64,000 nucleotides of DNA, taken from contig JAFWDK010000010.1 in assembly GCA_017513085.1 (NCBI GenBank), positions 323,995-387,994 on the forward strand, given 5' to 3'. Position 1 is the first letter of the stretch; every line of letters starts with the position of its first letter. This document shows positions 1 through 10,147 of the stretch, piece after piece. Below the pieces are notes generated by a model. It had not been told where the DNA came from. It worked only from the letters and a program-made list of their open reading frames with translations, and did not search any database. The stretch comes from Clostridiales bacterium (GTDB taxonomy: Bacteria > Bacillota > Clostridia > Saccharofermentanales > Saccharofermentanaceae). A program made the position numbers and the translations under genes.

Positions 1-447
1 ATAATAATGTGTCTTGAAGAAACAGAGCTCATCCTCTTCATAAATCGGATTAGGCTTGAGATCAAGTCTTGGAGAGTCGATGTGCGCGCCAAGAATGTTA
101 AAACCCTTTACAGCAGATTCTTTACCGACAACGGCAAACATCAAGCCTTTACCCTTGATCGAGGAATAAACCTTATCACCAACTTTAAGGGAATCCTTGC
201 TTTCAATATCAGCATAACCTGCGTCAGTCAAAGCCGCGATAGCATTATTCACGAACTCACGCTCGGTTTTCGAAATATCCAGAAATGCCATGTATTCTTC
301 AGCAAACGCCATAGTATGCTCGATATCATCAGCAGATCTGGATTCCCAAAGGTTCGGATACTCAGCAAAAAGTTCCTTTTTCTCTTTCTTAGAAACCTTG
401 GGTTTCTTCTCTTTGAGTTCTTTTACTGTTTTCTTTTCTTTAGCCAT
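1..447 (-). CDS. M18 family (aspartyl-type) aminopeptidase, N-terminal part; the gene runs off the left edge of the window
   Basis: Not in the ORF track; translated by hand from ATG at 447 with SD AGGAG: MAKEKKTVKE...FLDISKTEREFV...GFNILGAHIDSPRLDLKPNPIYEEDELCFFKTHYY. KTERE and AHIDSPRLDLKP are M18 motifs. Confidence 0.9.
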   Translation of the reverse strand, partial: MAKEKKTVKELKEKKPKVSKKEKKELFAEYPNLWESRSADDIEHTMAFAEEYMAFLDISKTEREFVNNAIAALTDAGYADIESKDSLKVGDKVYSSIKGKGLMFAVVGKESAVKGFNILGAHIDSPRLDLKPNPIYEEDELCFFKTHYY

Positions 448-549
448 ATATTTCACTCCTTATATCAAGAAACTAAACAAAAACTTCCCATATATGATAC
501 CATAATATAGAATTAAATGAGACTAACTAGAAGGACTTTTTGCCTATTT

Positions 550-1368
550 ATGTATACGGATAATCACAATCATACCAAGCATTTCAGTTCTGATGCCAGA
601 ATGTCGGCACAGGAACTTATCGATACATGCAGATCCTTGAAAATGAACGGAGTTGCTGTGACGGAGCACTATGAAGGAGATTACCCACATGATATCGGTG
701 TTCCGCAAATCTTTGACATTTCTTCGTTTTTTGCGGAGAGCAGTTCATGGCTGGAATATGCCGGCGATTTTCATCTATACCGTGGAATCGAACTCGGATA
801 TCAGAAGCATCTTTGTAGTTTTTACGATGACATGATCGCAAAGTATCCTTTTGATTCCGTTATACTTTCGAATCACTTATATCGTGGCAAAGATCCATAC
901 TTTTTCCGTGATTGTTATGATGAAGATATGATTACTGTCTACACACGTTATATTGAAGAAATGGCAGATATGGTGGAAGGCTGTAAAAACTTTGATATTG
1001 TCGGTCATTTCGATTATATCAACCGTTATGCCCCCTACCCGGCTCCTCAGATCAAATATGATCAATGCCCGGAAAGCTTTGACCGTTTCCTTTCTTCGAT
1101 CGTTGCTAAAGGAAAATCACTGGAGATCAATACCCGCTCTGTCGATAAGATGCGACGGAAAGGAATCGATGATTGTATGCCGGATCCGACGATCCTCAAG
1201 CGATATTATGATTTAGGCGGCAGATGGATCAGCCTTGGTTCCGATTCGCATGATAAAGACACTTTGTGCATACATTTTAAAGAAGTTGCCGAGTACTTAC
1301 ATTCTTTCGGATTTACTGAGAATTCCTATTACGTGAAACGACAGAGATTCGGAGAACCTTTAGTATAA
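550..1368 (+). CDS. PHP-domain histidinol-phosphatase (HisJ/HisK family)
   Basis: DNHNHT, TEH, GIELG, VGHFDY, LEINT and GSDSH PHP motifs; start moved to ATG 550 (MYTDNHNH). Confidence 0.85.
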   Translation: MYTDNHNHTKHFSSDARMSAQELIDTCRSLKMNGVAVTEHYEGDYPHDIGVPQIFDISSFFAESSSWLEYAGDFHLYRGIELGYQKHLCSFYDDMIAKYPFDSVILSNHLYRGKDPYFFRDCYDEDMITVYTRYIEEMADMVEGCKNFDIVGHFDYINRYAPYPAPQIKYDQCPESFDRFLSSIVAKGKSLEINTRSVDKMRRKGIDDCMPDPTILKRYYDLGGRWISLGSDSHDKDTLCIHFKEVAEYLHSFGFTENSYYVKRQRFGEPLV

Positions 1369-2481
1369 GTAGGAAGTATACGGAATGAAGCCGTTTTGAC
1401 CTAGTTTATCGATAACACAACCATCTACGAGAGTTTCTCCTGACATGTCTCTCAGATATCCCGGCTGCCCGTCTTCTAATCTCGGGTAGAACTCGTGATG
1501 AAGCCTATAACCTTTTTCGCACCGACAAAGTGACAGCCTTCTGGGGTAACTCTGGATTCCGCGGAATCCCTCCCTTTCCGTTTCAATCTTCATAGACGCG
1601 GACGAGTTTCCGAGCCACGCCATTAAAATGGTTTTGTCCACATTGGAAAAGATAGAGCCGGCATAAAAATCCGGTCCGTAATCCACAAGAAGCACTTCTT
1701 GTTGCTCACGATCTGCCTGAAAAGCACTTCCGTCAAATGTTCCTACGAAATACTGCATCAAACGGTTGTGCGGCAGCGTTTCTTCCGGCAGTTTGGAATA
1801 CTCTTCTTCAGGAATATCCATGCTCATCATGAGCACATACTTCTCTTTTATATCAGTATCATCGGATACGCTGCAAGAAAACATGCATGGGCACTCGATC
1901 ATGCCGTGAAGTGCGTATTCCGGGAGTATGAAAGCACCTGTTTTCACCCACATAAGAAGATCGAGGGAATGATAAAAGACGATTTCCTTCTCTGTCGTAA
2001 AACATAAAGAATAACCGCCAAGAATCTTATTGGTAAAAACGTGCGGATCCCTGGCCGGTGTATGTTCTTGGCCGGGAATGATCGGATTGGACGGATGCTT
2101 TTGAAAATGAATCCCGTCCGTACTATAAGCCAAACACTGCATCTCCCTTGAGTTTTCCATATTGTGGGAAGTGTAAAAAGCCAGAAGCGGCGGATTATCT
2201 TTGGTCCCGAGGCCGGAAAGATTCTCATGATCAACAATGCAGCTTCCAGAAAAGATATCTCCTTGCTCGTCAGGATAAAGAGCTATTTCCTGTTCTTGCC
2301 AATTTATAAGATCTGTTGATATAGCATGACCCCAGTGCATAGAATCCCATGTCAGGCCATGCGGGTTATACTGAAAGAAAAGATGATACCGGTTCTGATA
2401 AAAGACCAATCCGTTCGGATCATTCATCCAACCATATGTCGGTGTGAAGTGATACTTGGGTCGTAATGTCTTCTCTTCCAT
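1360..2481 (-). CDS. GH32 beta-fructosidase/levanase-like glycoside hydrolase, short, no signal peptide
   Basis: WMNDPNG (nucleophile), WGHA, FSGS, RDP and EC(P) motifs. Confidence 0.9.
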   Translation of the reverse strand: MEEKTLRPKYHFTPTYGWMNDPNGLVFYQNRYHLFFQYNPHGLTWDSMHWGHAISTDLINWQEQEIALYPDEQGDIFSGSCIVDHENLSGLGTKDNPPLLAFYTSHNMENSREMQCLAYSTDGIHFQKHPSNPIIPGQEHTPARDPHVFTNKILGGYSLCFTTEKEIVFYHSLDLLMWVKTGAFILPEYALHGMIECPCMFSCSVSDDTDIKEKYVLMMSMDIPEEEYSKLPEETLPHNRLMQYFVGTFDGSAFQADREQQEVLLVDYGPDFYAGSIFSNVDKTILMAWLGNSSASMKIETEREGFRGIQSYPRRLSLCRCEKGYRLHHEFYPRLEDGQPGYLRDMSGETLVDGCVIDKLGQNGFIPYTSYLY

Positions 2482-2494
2482 TAGAAATCTCCTC

Positions 2495-3631
2495 TTAATG
2501 ATTCAGAATTTTGCATAAAGCAGCTACGAAATGGTCAATTTCCTCTTCCGTGTTATCAACGCCAATGCTGACTCGAATAGAACTCTTGGCGTCCTTTTCC
2601 GAAAGCCCGATCGATGTAAGTACATGTGAGGTTCCGGCGTCTTTTGAAGAGCAGGCAGCACCACCTGAGCATGCAAACCCTTCGTAGTTAAGAAGTAACA
2701 AAAGTTTTTCTCCGTCAACTCCTGGAAAAGTTAAGTTTACGATGCCCGGCAGCACCCGGGTTTCGTGTCCGTTTAAAATGACATTTGCAGATACCTTCCT
2801 CACCTTCTCTAAAAGAAGATCCCTAAGAAACCGGATACGCTTTTCCGTTGCTTCAATTTCAGAAACTGCAAGATCCAGTGCTTCAGCCATGCCATAGATA
2901 GCAGGAAGGTTTTCCGTTCCGGCACGTGAAGAACGTTCCTGGGCGCCGCCATAAATATACGGCAAGAGTTTTACGCCCTTACGGACATAAAGACCGCCGA
3001 CACCTTTAGGTCCATAGAATTTATGCGCAGAAAAAGACATCAGGTCGACGCCGAGTTCGGAAACATTGACCGGAATCGTGCCGACCGCCTGAACTGCATC
3101 CGTATGAAAAAGAACTCCGTATTCGTGCGTGATCTCAGCGAGTTCCCGAATCGGTTCAAGCGTGCCGATTTCATTATTGCCTAACATGATCGATACTAAG
3201 GAAGTATCCTTCGTCAGTGCTTTTTCCAACGAATCGGGAGAAACCAGACCATATCGATCGACAGGAAGATAGGAAACTTTATATCCTTCTTTTTCGAGCT
3301 GACGGCAAGAATTCAATACCGCGGGATGCTCAATCGCGGAGGTGATAATATGTCGTTTATCTGAACACGAAGCGGAGGCACTTCTCACCGCCCAGTTATC
3401 GGATTCTGTCCCGCCGGAAGTAAAAAACAACTCATCCGGAGAGCATCCGAGGCAGGCAGCGATTCTCTCGCGAGAATCTTCCAAGAGTCTTTTCGCACGC
3501 TGCCCTTCACGATGTATTGACGAAGGATTGCCATACTCTTCACATAAAACAAGACGCATGGCATCGAACACTTCGGGGCGGACTCTCGTCGTTGCCGCAT
3601 TGTCCAGATACACACGCGTCTCATCTGACAT
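2495..3631 (-). CDS. Cysteine desulfurase (IscS/NifS-type)
   Basis: YLDNAATT, FTSGGTESDN, IEHPAV, SAHKFYGPKG (PLP lysine), RAGTEN, SGGAACSS (catalytic Cys). Confidence 0.92.
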   Translation of the reverse strand: MSDETRVYLDNAATTRVRPEVFDAMRLVLCEEYGNPSSIHREGQRAKRLLEDSRERIAACLGCSPDELFFTSGGTESDNWAVRSASASCSDKRHIITSAIEHPAVLNSCRQLEKEGYKVSYLPVDRYGLVSPDSLEKALTKDTSLVSIMLGNNEIGTLEPIRELAEITHEYGVLFHTDAVQAVGTIPVNVSELGVDLMSFSAHKFYGPKGVGGLYVRKGVKLLPYIYGGAQERSSRAGTENLPAIYGMAEALDLAVSEIEATEKRIRFLRDLLLEKVRKVSANVILNGHETRVLPGIVNLTFPGVDGEKLLLLLNYEGFACSGGAACSSKDAGTSHVLTSIGLSEKDAKSSIRVSIGVDNTEEEIDHFVAALCKILNH

Positions 3632-3687
3632 ATTATTACCTCGTGAACATTAAAGTAACGGTGTAAACCATCACTTAAATGTTACCA

Positions 3688-6600
3688 TTACTCGGTACGA
3701 AGTGCTACTACCGGATCCTTCTTTGCTGCAGACCTGGACGGGATGATGCCGGCAATCAAAGTCAAGAGAATACTGATGGTGATCAGAATCAAAGCTGTAA
3801 GGATCGGCAGGACAGCAGTCAGATTATTGATACCTGTCAAAGAATGCACGATATAGTTGATCGGGATCAAAAGAATGTATGTGATAAGTACGCCCAGAAG
3901 ACCGGAGGTGAATCCTATGATCACGGTCTCCGCATTAAACATACTGGATACATTCTTCTTCGAAGCACCAAGTGAACGAAGGATACCAATCTCTTTGGTA
4001 CGTTCCTGAACGGAGATCAGTGTTATGACACCGATCATGATCGAGGAAACGATCAAAGATACTGCTACAAAAGCAATCAATACATATGTGATCGCGTTGA
4101 TGATAGTGGTTACGGAAGACATCAGAATGCCAACATAGTCCGTGTACTTAAGCTTCTGGAGCTCCGGTACTGAATTATTGTATTCTTCGATGCAATCCAC
4201 GATCGTATCTTTATTCTCAAATGTGGCCGCATAAAGGCTGATACCGGCCGGCTGATCCAGATCCAGGCTGCCCAGGCGGATAAGATTATAGTCGTATGTA
4301 AAAGGAGAGAATTCGATCACTGTATCGTAGAAACCGGCACAGTAAGCATCATCGAAACCTTCTAAGGCATGAACCAGAGCCGCAGACAACTCTTTCGGAG
4401 TCTTCGAGCTGAGTTCTTTTTCCATATTCGCACTGTACTCAGCAAGATACTGTTCGCGAATTCCGGTTGCAAATGCTTCTTTCATATCCGCGTCGCTCAT
4501 CTGGGCGATATAGCCATTGACAGTATCTGCATCCATACCCATTTCCTTGGTCATCTTCTCGATCATCATAGCTTCCATGGTGGCACGATCCATCTTGCTT
4601 AATGTCGTTTCTACATACTCTGTGATCATACTTTCAGACGGGATACTCATTACTTTAACGTAGATATCAGCCTTGCCTTGATCATCCAGGTCGTTTACAT
4701 AGTTACGGAAATAAGAAGCTTTGTCTGCTTCTGTCAAAGCAACCGTCTCATCTTTGAAACGAAGACCGGACGTAACATCAAACTTCGGACTTGCAAGCTG
4801 GGCCTTAATTGCATCAGAATCTTTGCTTGCGTTGATGATATATTCAGTCAGCATATGTGTATAACCAATCGTACCGTGATGGCTTGTGGATACAGCATCT
4901 TCGTTCGGGCGAACGATTCCTACGACCTTCAATTTCAGAGCATTATCGTAAAGATAATTCAGACCCTGTTCAGTAGTACGAAGATCAGTATAAAGACCGG
5001 TCGTGGCATCATAACTCCAGCAAGCAGAAGGTAATACGGAGCGGAACTCTAGATTGCAGATTTCTTCATAAGACCAGTGATGATCGGTATATTGCATAGT
5101 CTGCTTATTCAAAGCAGCATTCATCATGTCTTTGATTTCCTGTTCGGTCTTCAAACCCAAGGCGTAAAGCGTATAGTCGTCAAGTTCATTGTTTTCATCA
5201 AGGAAGAGCAGGATCTCATCGTAGTTTTCCGGCCAACGTCCGTATACTACATCGTACTGTTTATGTGTCACCTGATTGGTGGAAGAACCATCTGATCCTG
5301 GAAGCAATTCGCTCCAAAGAGACATCTGTGAACCCATGATCTGCGCTGTCTGGCTGTTCTGGGAAGTATTGCCCATATCAAAATTGAACATCGTCGAGGA
5401 AAACTGGGAGAACAGAGCACTCATTAGTTCTGTTGTATCAGAATGAATGATCTTTCCTTCCACATTCTTGGTGAAGATCTGAAGATTAAGATTATACGCA
5501 TACTGGACTCCGGAGAGCGCCTGTCCCATCTTGCTATCCGGATTGCTCTTCTGTTCTTCAATATACTTTTTGAACGAAGAAAGGTCATTCTCCTGCGTCT
5601 CCACAGCAATCAACGAATTGACCAGATCATAAAGCTTATATCTCTGATACACGGCATCTTTTTCATGATTTAGTTCAGCAGTATCATTGCCTACAAAAGT
5701 ATTTAAAAGAGTGCTTAAATCAACGGTTTGTGCTTGGATCTGCAATGGATAAGCAGATATCGTATCTTCTTGAACTTCATTGATAAAGTTGTGTGTGCCC
5801 TGGGATACAGAATAGATCAATGCGATACCGATAATACCGATCGATCCTGCAAAAGAGGTCAGGATCGTTCTTCCTTTTTTGGTAAAAAGGTTTTTCAAAG
5901 AAAGTCCGAAGGAGGTAACAAAAGACATGGAAGGCTTCTTTTCGGACTTGGCTGCTTCTTTTTTCGCCTTCTTGTCCATCTTAGCCATATCCGCTGCAAT
6001 CTTATCAGCCTTCTTCTGCTCTTCTTCCGTGAAAGGAGCCGTGTCACCTGTAATCTTACCGTCAAGCATTCTTACGATACGCGTAGAATACTTCTCCGCA
6101 AGTTCCGGGTTATGTGTGACCATGATGACAAGCTTGTCCTTGGACAGTTCTTTGAGAATATCCATTACCTGCACACTTGTTTCCGTATCAAGAGCACCTG
6201 TCGGCTCATCGGCAAGAATAATATCCGGATCATTTACAATAGCACGGGCAATCGCAACACGTTGCATCTGACCACCGCTCATTTCAGCAGGTTTTTTCTT
6301 GAGCTGATCTCCCAGGCCGACTTTCTTAAGTGCTTCCGTAGCCTTTTGTTTACGCTCTTTTTTACTTACACCGGACAAGGAAAGCGCTAATTCCACATTT
6401 GAAAGAACATTCTGATGCGGAATCAGATTATAGCTCTGAAACACGAATCCGATGGAATGGTTTCTATATGAATCCCAATCACGATCTTTATACTCTTTGG
6501 TAGATTTACCGTTAATGATCAAATCACCGGATGTATACTGATCAAGACCACCGATAATATTCAGCATGGTCGTTTTACCACATCCGGATTGTCCTAAGAT

Positions 6601-6705
6601 CGAGACAAACTCGTTATCACGAAATCCGAGATTAATTCCTTTCAAAGCCTCAACCGGATTTCCACCGGCCGGATAGATCTTTACAATGTCTTTTAATTCA
6701 AGCAT
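3688..6705 (-). CDS. Fused ABC transporter ATP-binding/permease (MacB/FtsX-like) with a large extracytoplasmic domain
   Basis: Walker A GQSGCGKTT, signature MSGGQ, ADEPTG, VTH; C-terminal FtsX-type ERTKEIGILRSLGA and transmembrane helices. Confidence 0.93.
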   Translation of the reverse strand: MLELKDIVKIYPAGGNPVEALKGINLGFRDNEFVSILGQSGCGKTTMLNIIGGLDQYTSGDLIINGKSTKEYKDRDWDSYRNHSIGFVFQSYNLIPHQNVLSNVELALSLSGVSKKERKQKATEALKKVGLGDQLKKKPAEMSGGQMQRVAIARAIVNDPDIILADEPTGALDTETSVQVMDILKELSKDKLVIMVTHNPELAEKYSTRIVRMLDGKITGDTAPFTEEEQKKADKIAADMAKMDKKAKKEAAKSEKKPSMSFVTSFGLSLKNLFTKKGRTILTSFAGSIGIIGIALIYSVSQGTHNFINEVQEDTISAYPLQIQAQTVDLSTLLNTFVGNDTAELNHEKDAVYQRYKLYDLVNSLIAVETQENDLSSFKKYIEEQKSNPDSKMGQALSGVQYAYNLNLQIFTKNVEGKIIHSDTTELMSALFSQFSSTMFNFDMGNTSQNSQTAQIMGSQMSLWSELLPGSDGSSTNQVTHKQYDVVYGRWPENYDEILLFLDENNELDDYTLYALGLKTEQEIKDMMNAALNKQTMQYTDHHWSYEEICNLEFRSVLPSACWSYDATTGLYTDLRTTEQGLNYLYDNALKLKVVGIVRPNEDAVSTSHHGTIGYTHMLTEYIINASKDSDAIKAQLASPKFDVTSGLRFKDETVALTEADKASYFRNYVNDLDDQGKADIYVKVMSIPSESMITEYVETTLSKMDRATMEAMMIEKMTKEMGMDADTVNGYIAQMSDADMKEAFATGIREQYLAEYSANMEKELSSKTPKELSAALVHALEGFDDAYCAGFYDTVIEFSPFTYDYNLIRLGSLDLDQPAGISLYAATFENKDTIVDCIEEYNNSVPELQKLKYTDYVGILMSSVTTIINAITYVLIAFVAVSLIVSSIMIGVITLISVQERTKEIGILRSLGASKKNVSSMFNAETVIIGFTSGLLGVLITYILLIPINYIVHSLTGINNLTAVLPILTALILITISILLTLIAGIIPSRSAAKKDPVVALRTE

Positions 6706-6742
6706 ATACTGTCTCCTGTCCTTCTTCTATATCGATATAGCC

Positions 6743-7201
6743 TTAGTTGTCATGTTTTTTGTTACAATCCTGTTGTTTCTCGACGGCGTCCACTACATCA
6801 CGGATCTCGCGGCATGATTTGATAAAATCCTTTATTCTGTCAACTCCGAAATGCTCAACGATCGCGCCACCATAAAGCAGAATTTCTTTCTGCTTCTCGT
6901 AAAAAGCCTCTTTGCCCTGTTCAGTGATAGATACCAGAACACGCCGACCATCTTCGGGATCATTCTTTTTAGTGATCAATCCCTTATCCGACATCTTCTT
7001 CAAAAGCACTGCTACGCGAGCTGTGCTGACATTCATGTATTCACTGATCTCACCGGCAGATACTTCGTGTCCGGAACACATAAGAAATCCCAGCACATTG
7101 CCGATCCCCATCGACTGGATATCGATCTGCTGCACAAAAGACAACGGCTTTATACTGTTAAATTCTTTAAGTAAAGCGAGAACTTCCTGATCGGAAACCA
7201 T
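6743..7201 (-). CDS. MarR-family transcriptional regulator
   Basis: wHTH SAGEISEYMNVSTARVA...KGLI...DGRRVLVSIT; directly upstream of the ABC gene. Confidence 0.88.
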   Translation of the reverse strand: MVSDQEVLALLKEFNSIKPLSFVQQIDIQSMGIGNVLGFLMCSGHEVSAGEISEYMNVSTARVAVLLKKMSDKGLITKKNDPEDGRRVLVSITEQGKEAFYEKQKEILLYGGAIVEHFGVDRIKDFIKSCREIRDVVDAVEKQQDCNKKHDN

Positions 7202-7217
7202 ACATCCTCCTAGATTG

Positions 7218-7260
7218 CTAACTGGGTTAGATTATATGATTTCATTATATTGAGTGTCAA
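7218..7260 (-). promoter_or_regulatory. sigma-A promoter of the marR-ABC operon with a palindromic candidate MarR operator
   Basis: Minus strand TTGACA-N18-TATAAT (7260-7231), followed immediately by the palindrome CTAAC-N3-GTTAG (7218-7230). Confidence 0.65.
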
Positions 7261-7339
7261 TTGTCAAATACACAAAATTATAAATACGTTTCGTGAATTA
7301 TTTGTTACTTCTAGTCATGAAAAAATAGGATGGAAACCG

Positions 7340-8689
7340 TTAACTCCTTGATTTATCGGCATCTTCGCCATTTTCACGATTGGATGATCTGTTTTTCAGA
7401 TGATCCATCCAATTACGGATCTGCTTCTCATAGCCTAAAGATCCTGGTTCATAATAAGTCGTTCCAACCATCTCATCCGGCAGGAACTGCATCTCTACAT
7501 AATGTTCAGGGAAATCATGTGCATACTTATAGCCGACAGAATAACCCATATCCAGCATTCCTTTAGCCGGAGCATTCCGAAGATGCATCGGAACCTCGCC
7601 CGTACGCTTATTGGCAACATCAGCCAAAGCTTTATCAATAGCCATATATGCACTGTTTGACTTAGGACTGGTTGCAACGGTCACGACAGCCTCGGCAAGC
7701 AGAATTCTTGCTTCCGGCATGCCAACAGCCATTACTCCTTGATAAGCGGCCATAGCAACAAGTATTGCATTAGGATTCGCCATACCCACATCTTCAGAGG
7801 AGCAAATCAAGATACGGCGAGCTAAAAACTCGATATCTTCACCACTATGAAGAGCTCTGGCCAAGTAAAAAATCGCTGCGTCAGGATCACTGCCACGCAT
7901 AGACTTGATCATAGCACTGATATTATCATAATGGCTTTCCCCATCTGTATCAAAAGCAAGAGAACGCTTCTGCATGCAATCCTGCATGATTTCCTCATTA
8001 ATGGTGATCGTCCCCTTCTCATCAGGCGGCGTCGTGATATATGCCAGTTCTAAAGAACGTAAAGCAATACGGGCATCACCATTACAAAGGTCAGCAATGT
8101 AAGCCAGCGTCCGATCAGAAATTTCGATCGGTTCATTACCCAGGCCTCGCTCTTTATCCTGTAAAGCCTGTTTAAGAATGGCGATGATGTTTTCATCCGT
8201 CAAAGGTTTCAACGAAAGTACGGTCGATCTTGAGATCAGCGCTTTATTCACCTCAAAGAAAGGATTTTCTGTTGTAGCACCAATAAGGATCACTGTACCG
8301 TCTTCTACATGAGGCAGCAACGCATCCTGTTGCATCTTATTGAATCTATGGATCTCATCAACAAAAAGCACTACTCTTCCGTTGGGTGTAAAAATCGGAT
8401 TCTTAGCATCTTCCACGATCCTTTTGATATCTGAAACACCTGCTGTAACAGCATTGATCCTCTCGAATTTCGCAGAAGTCGTATGAGCAATCAATCTGGC
8501 TAATGCTGTTTTTCCGGTTCCCGGAGGGCCAAAAAGGATGATCGAAGACAGTCTGTCTGCCTCGATCATCCTTCTTAACATCTTTCCTTCGCCAAGGATA
8601 TGTTCCTGGCCGATATATTCAGACAAAGAACGTGGCGCCATGCGAAAAGCTAAAGGTTCTCTCTTCTTATACTCTTCGCTAACGCTCAT
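7340..8689 (-). CDS. rarA: Replication-associated recombination protein A (RarA/MgsA AAA+ ATPase)
   Basis: PLAFRMAP, GPPGTGKT, DEIHRF, ATTENP, SMRGSDPDAA, YKYAHD. Confidence 0.95.
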   Translation of the reverse strand: MSVSEEYKKREPLAFRMAPRSLSEYIGQEHILGEGKMLRRMIEADRLSSIILFGPPGTGKTALARLIAHTTSAKFERINAVTAGVSDIKRIVEDAKNPIFTPNGRVVLFVDEIHRFNKMQQDALLPHVEDGTVILIGATTENPFFEVNKALISRSTVLSLKPLTDENIIAILKQALQDKERGLGNEPIEISDRTLAYIADLCNGDARIALRSLELAYITTPPDEKGTITINEEIMQDCMQKRSLAFDTDGESHYDNISAMIKSMRGSDPDAAIFYLARALHSGEDIEFLARRILICSSEDVGMANPNAILVAMAAYQGVMAVGMPEARILLAEAVVTVATSPKSNSAYMAIDKALADVANKRTGEVPMHLRNAPAKGMLDMGYSVGYKYAHDFPEHYVEMQFLPDEMVGTTYYEPGSLGYEKQIRNWMDHLKNRSSNRENGEDADKSRS

Positions 8690-8714
8690 GTCTTATCTCC
8701 CGTCCGAAATAGGA

Positions 8715-9959
8715 TCAATACTTCATGTCCGGATAAAGCGGATACTTGGAAGTAAGCTGAGCAACAGCAGCTTTGATTTCTTCCTTAGATTCATCAAAGG
8801 AGAAAATGGATTTAGCGATGCAATCAGCGATAATATCCATATCTTCTTCTTTCATACCACGAGCGGAAACTGCTGCAGTACCAACACGAACACCACTTGT
8901 GACGAACGGCTTCTCAGGATCGAAAGGAATTGTATTCTTATTTGCTGTGATGTTCACATCGTCAAGACGAAGCTGCAATTCCTTACCTGTTACACCAGTT
9001 CCACGAAGGTCGATCAGCATCAGGTGATTCTCGGTGCCGCCGGAAACAAGATTAACGTTTCTCTTCAACAGGCCATCTGCCAAAGCTGCAGCGTTCTTAA
9101 CGATCTGTCCCTGATAGGTACGGAACTCATCGCTGAGCGCTTCTTTAAAAGCAACTGCCTTTGCTGCGATGATGTGCATCAAAGGTCCACCCTGCTGACC
9201 CGGGAATACAGCAGAATCGATTTTCTTAGCATATTCCTCTTTACACATGATAATACCACCACGTGGTCCGCGGAGTGTCTTATGCGTAGTAGTAGTAACA
9301 AAATCAGCATACGGAACCGGATTTGGATGCAGCCCTGCAGCAACAAGACCAGCAATGTGAGCCATATCCACAAAGAGATATGCACCAACAGCATCCGCGA
9401 TTTCACGGAACTTCTTGAAATCGATGATTCTAGGATATGCGGAAGCACCGGCAACAATTACCTTCGGCTTTACAGCTTTAGCCTGTTCCATGATCTTATC
9501 GTAATTTAATGTCTGAGTTTCAGGATCGACCTGATAAAACTCGGAATGATATGTACGACCGGAAACATTCAACTTCATACCATGTGTAAGGTGACCGCCG
9601 TGAGAAAGATCCATACCAAGGATCGTATCGCCCGGTTCAAGAATGGCAAAGTATACAGCTGTATTTGCCTGTGCACCGGAATGCGGCTGAACATTAACAT
9701 GCTCTGCGCCAAAAAGCTTCTTTGCTCTTTCAATAGCCAGAGATTCTACGATATCCACATATTCGCATCCGCCGTAATATCTCTTTCCCGGATAACCTTC
9801 AGCGTACTTGTTAGTCAACGGAGAACCTGCAGCTTCAAGAACTGCCTCTGTGACAAAGTTCTCAGAAGCAATCAACTCGATCTTATTGCGCTGACGCTCC
9901 ACCTCTTGTGTTATTGCCTGAAAAACCTCAGGATCTTCAGCTTTAATATGCTCAAACAT
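8715..9959 (-). CDS. glyA: Serine hydroxymethyltransferase
   Basis: [43 protein letters not shown]. Confidence 0.98.
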   Translation of the reverse strand: MFEHIKAEDPEVFQAITQEVERQRNKIELIASENFVTEAVLEAAGSPLTNKYAEGYPGKRYYGGCEYVDIVESLAIERAKKLFGAEHVNVQPHSGAQANTAVYFAILEPGDTILGMDLSHGGHLTHGMKLNVSGRTYHSEFYQVDPETQTLNYDKIMEQAKAVKPKVIVAGASAYPRIIDFKKFREIADAVGAYLFVDMAHIAGLVAAGLHPNPVPYADFVTTTTHKTLRGPRGGIIMCKEEYAKKIDSAVFPGQQGGPLMHIIAAKAVAFKEALSDEFRTYQGQIVKNAAALADGLLKRNVNLVSGGTENHLMLIDLRGTGVTGKELQLRLDDVNITANKNTIPFDPEKPFVTSGVRVGTAAVSARGMKEEDMDIIADCIAKSIFSFDESKEEIKAAVAQLTSKYPLYPDMKY

Positions 9960-10069
9960 GGGATACCTCCAACATATGTATACAAATTACTATAATATGA
10001 TAATCAAAATATCGGATTCAGTAAAGCCATTTCAAAAGAGAAAGTATACAAATTAATGAAATAAAAAGC

Positions 10070-10122
10070 AAAAAAATCCGCCTACTTGCAATCATCCATC
10101 AGGAAGAAACAAGTAGGCGGAT
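10070..10122 (-). terminator. Intrinsic terminator of the LRR surface-protein gene (13-bp stem, 21-nt loop)
   Basis: ATCCGCCTACTTG (10076-10088) / CAAGTAGGCGGAT (10110-10122), then a T-run on the minus strand. Confidence 0.75.
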
Positions 10123-10147
10123 AGAAATCAAATTAAGAATTCAGATA

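Noticed and set aside
7-510. 167-aa plus-strand ORF in the track
   Set aside because: Antisense shadow of the M18 aminopeptidase on the minus strand, which has family motifs and an SD.
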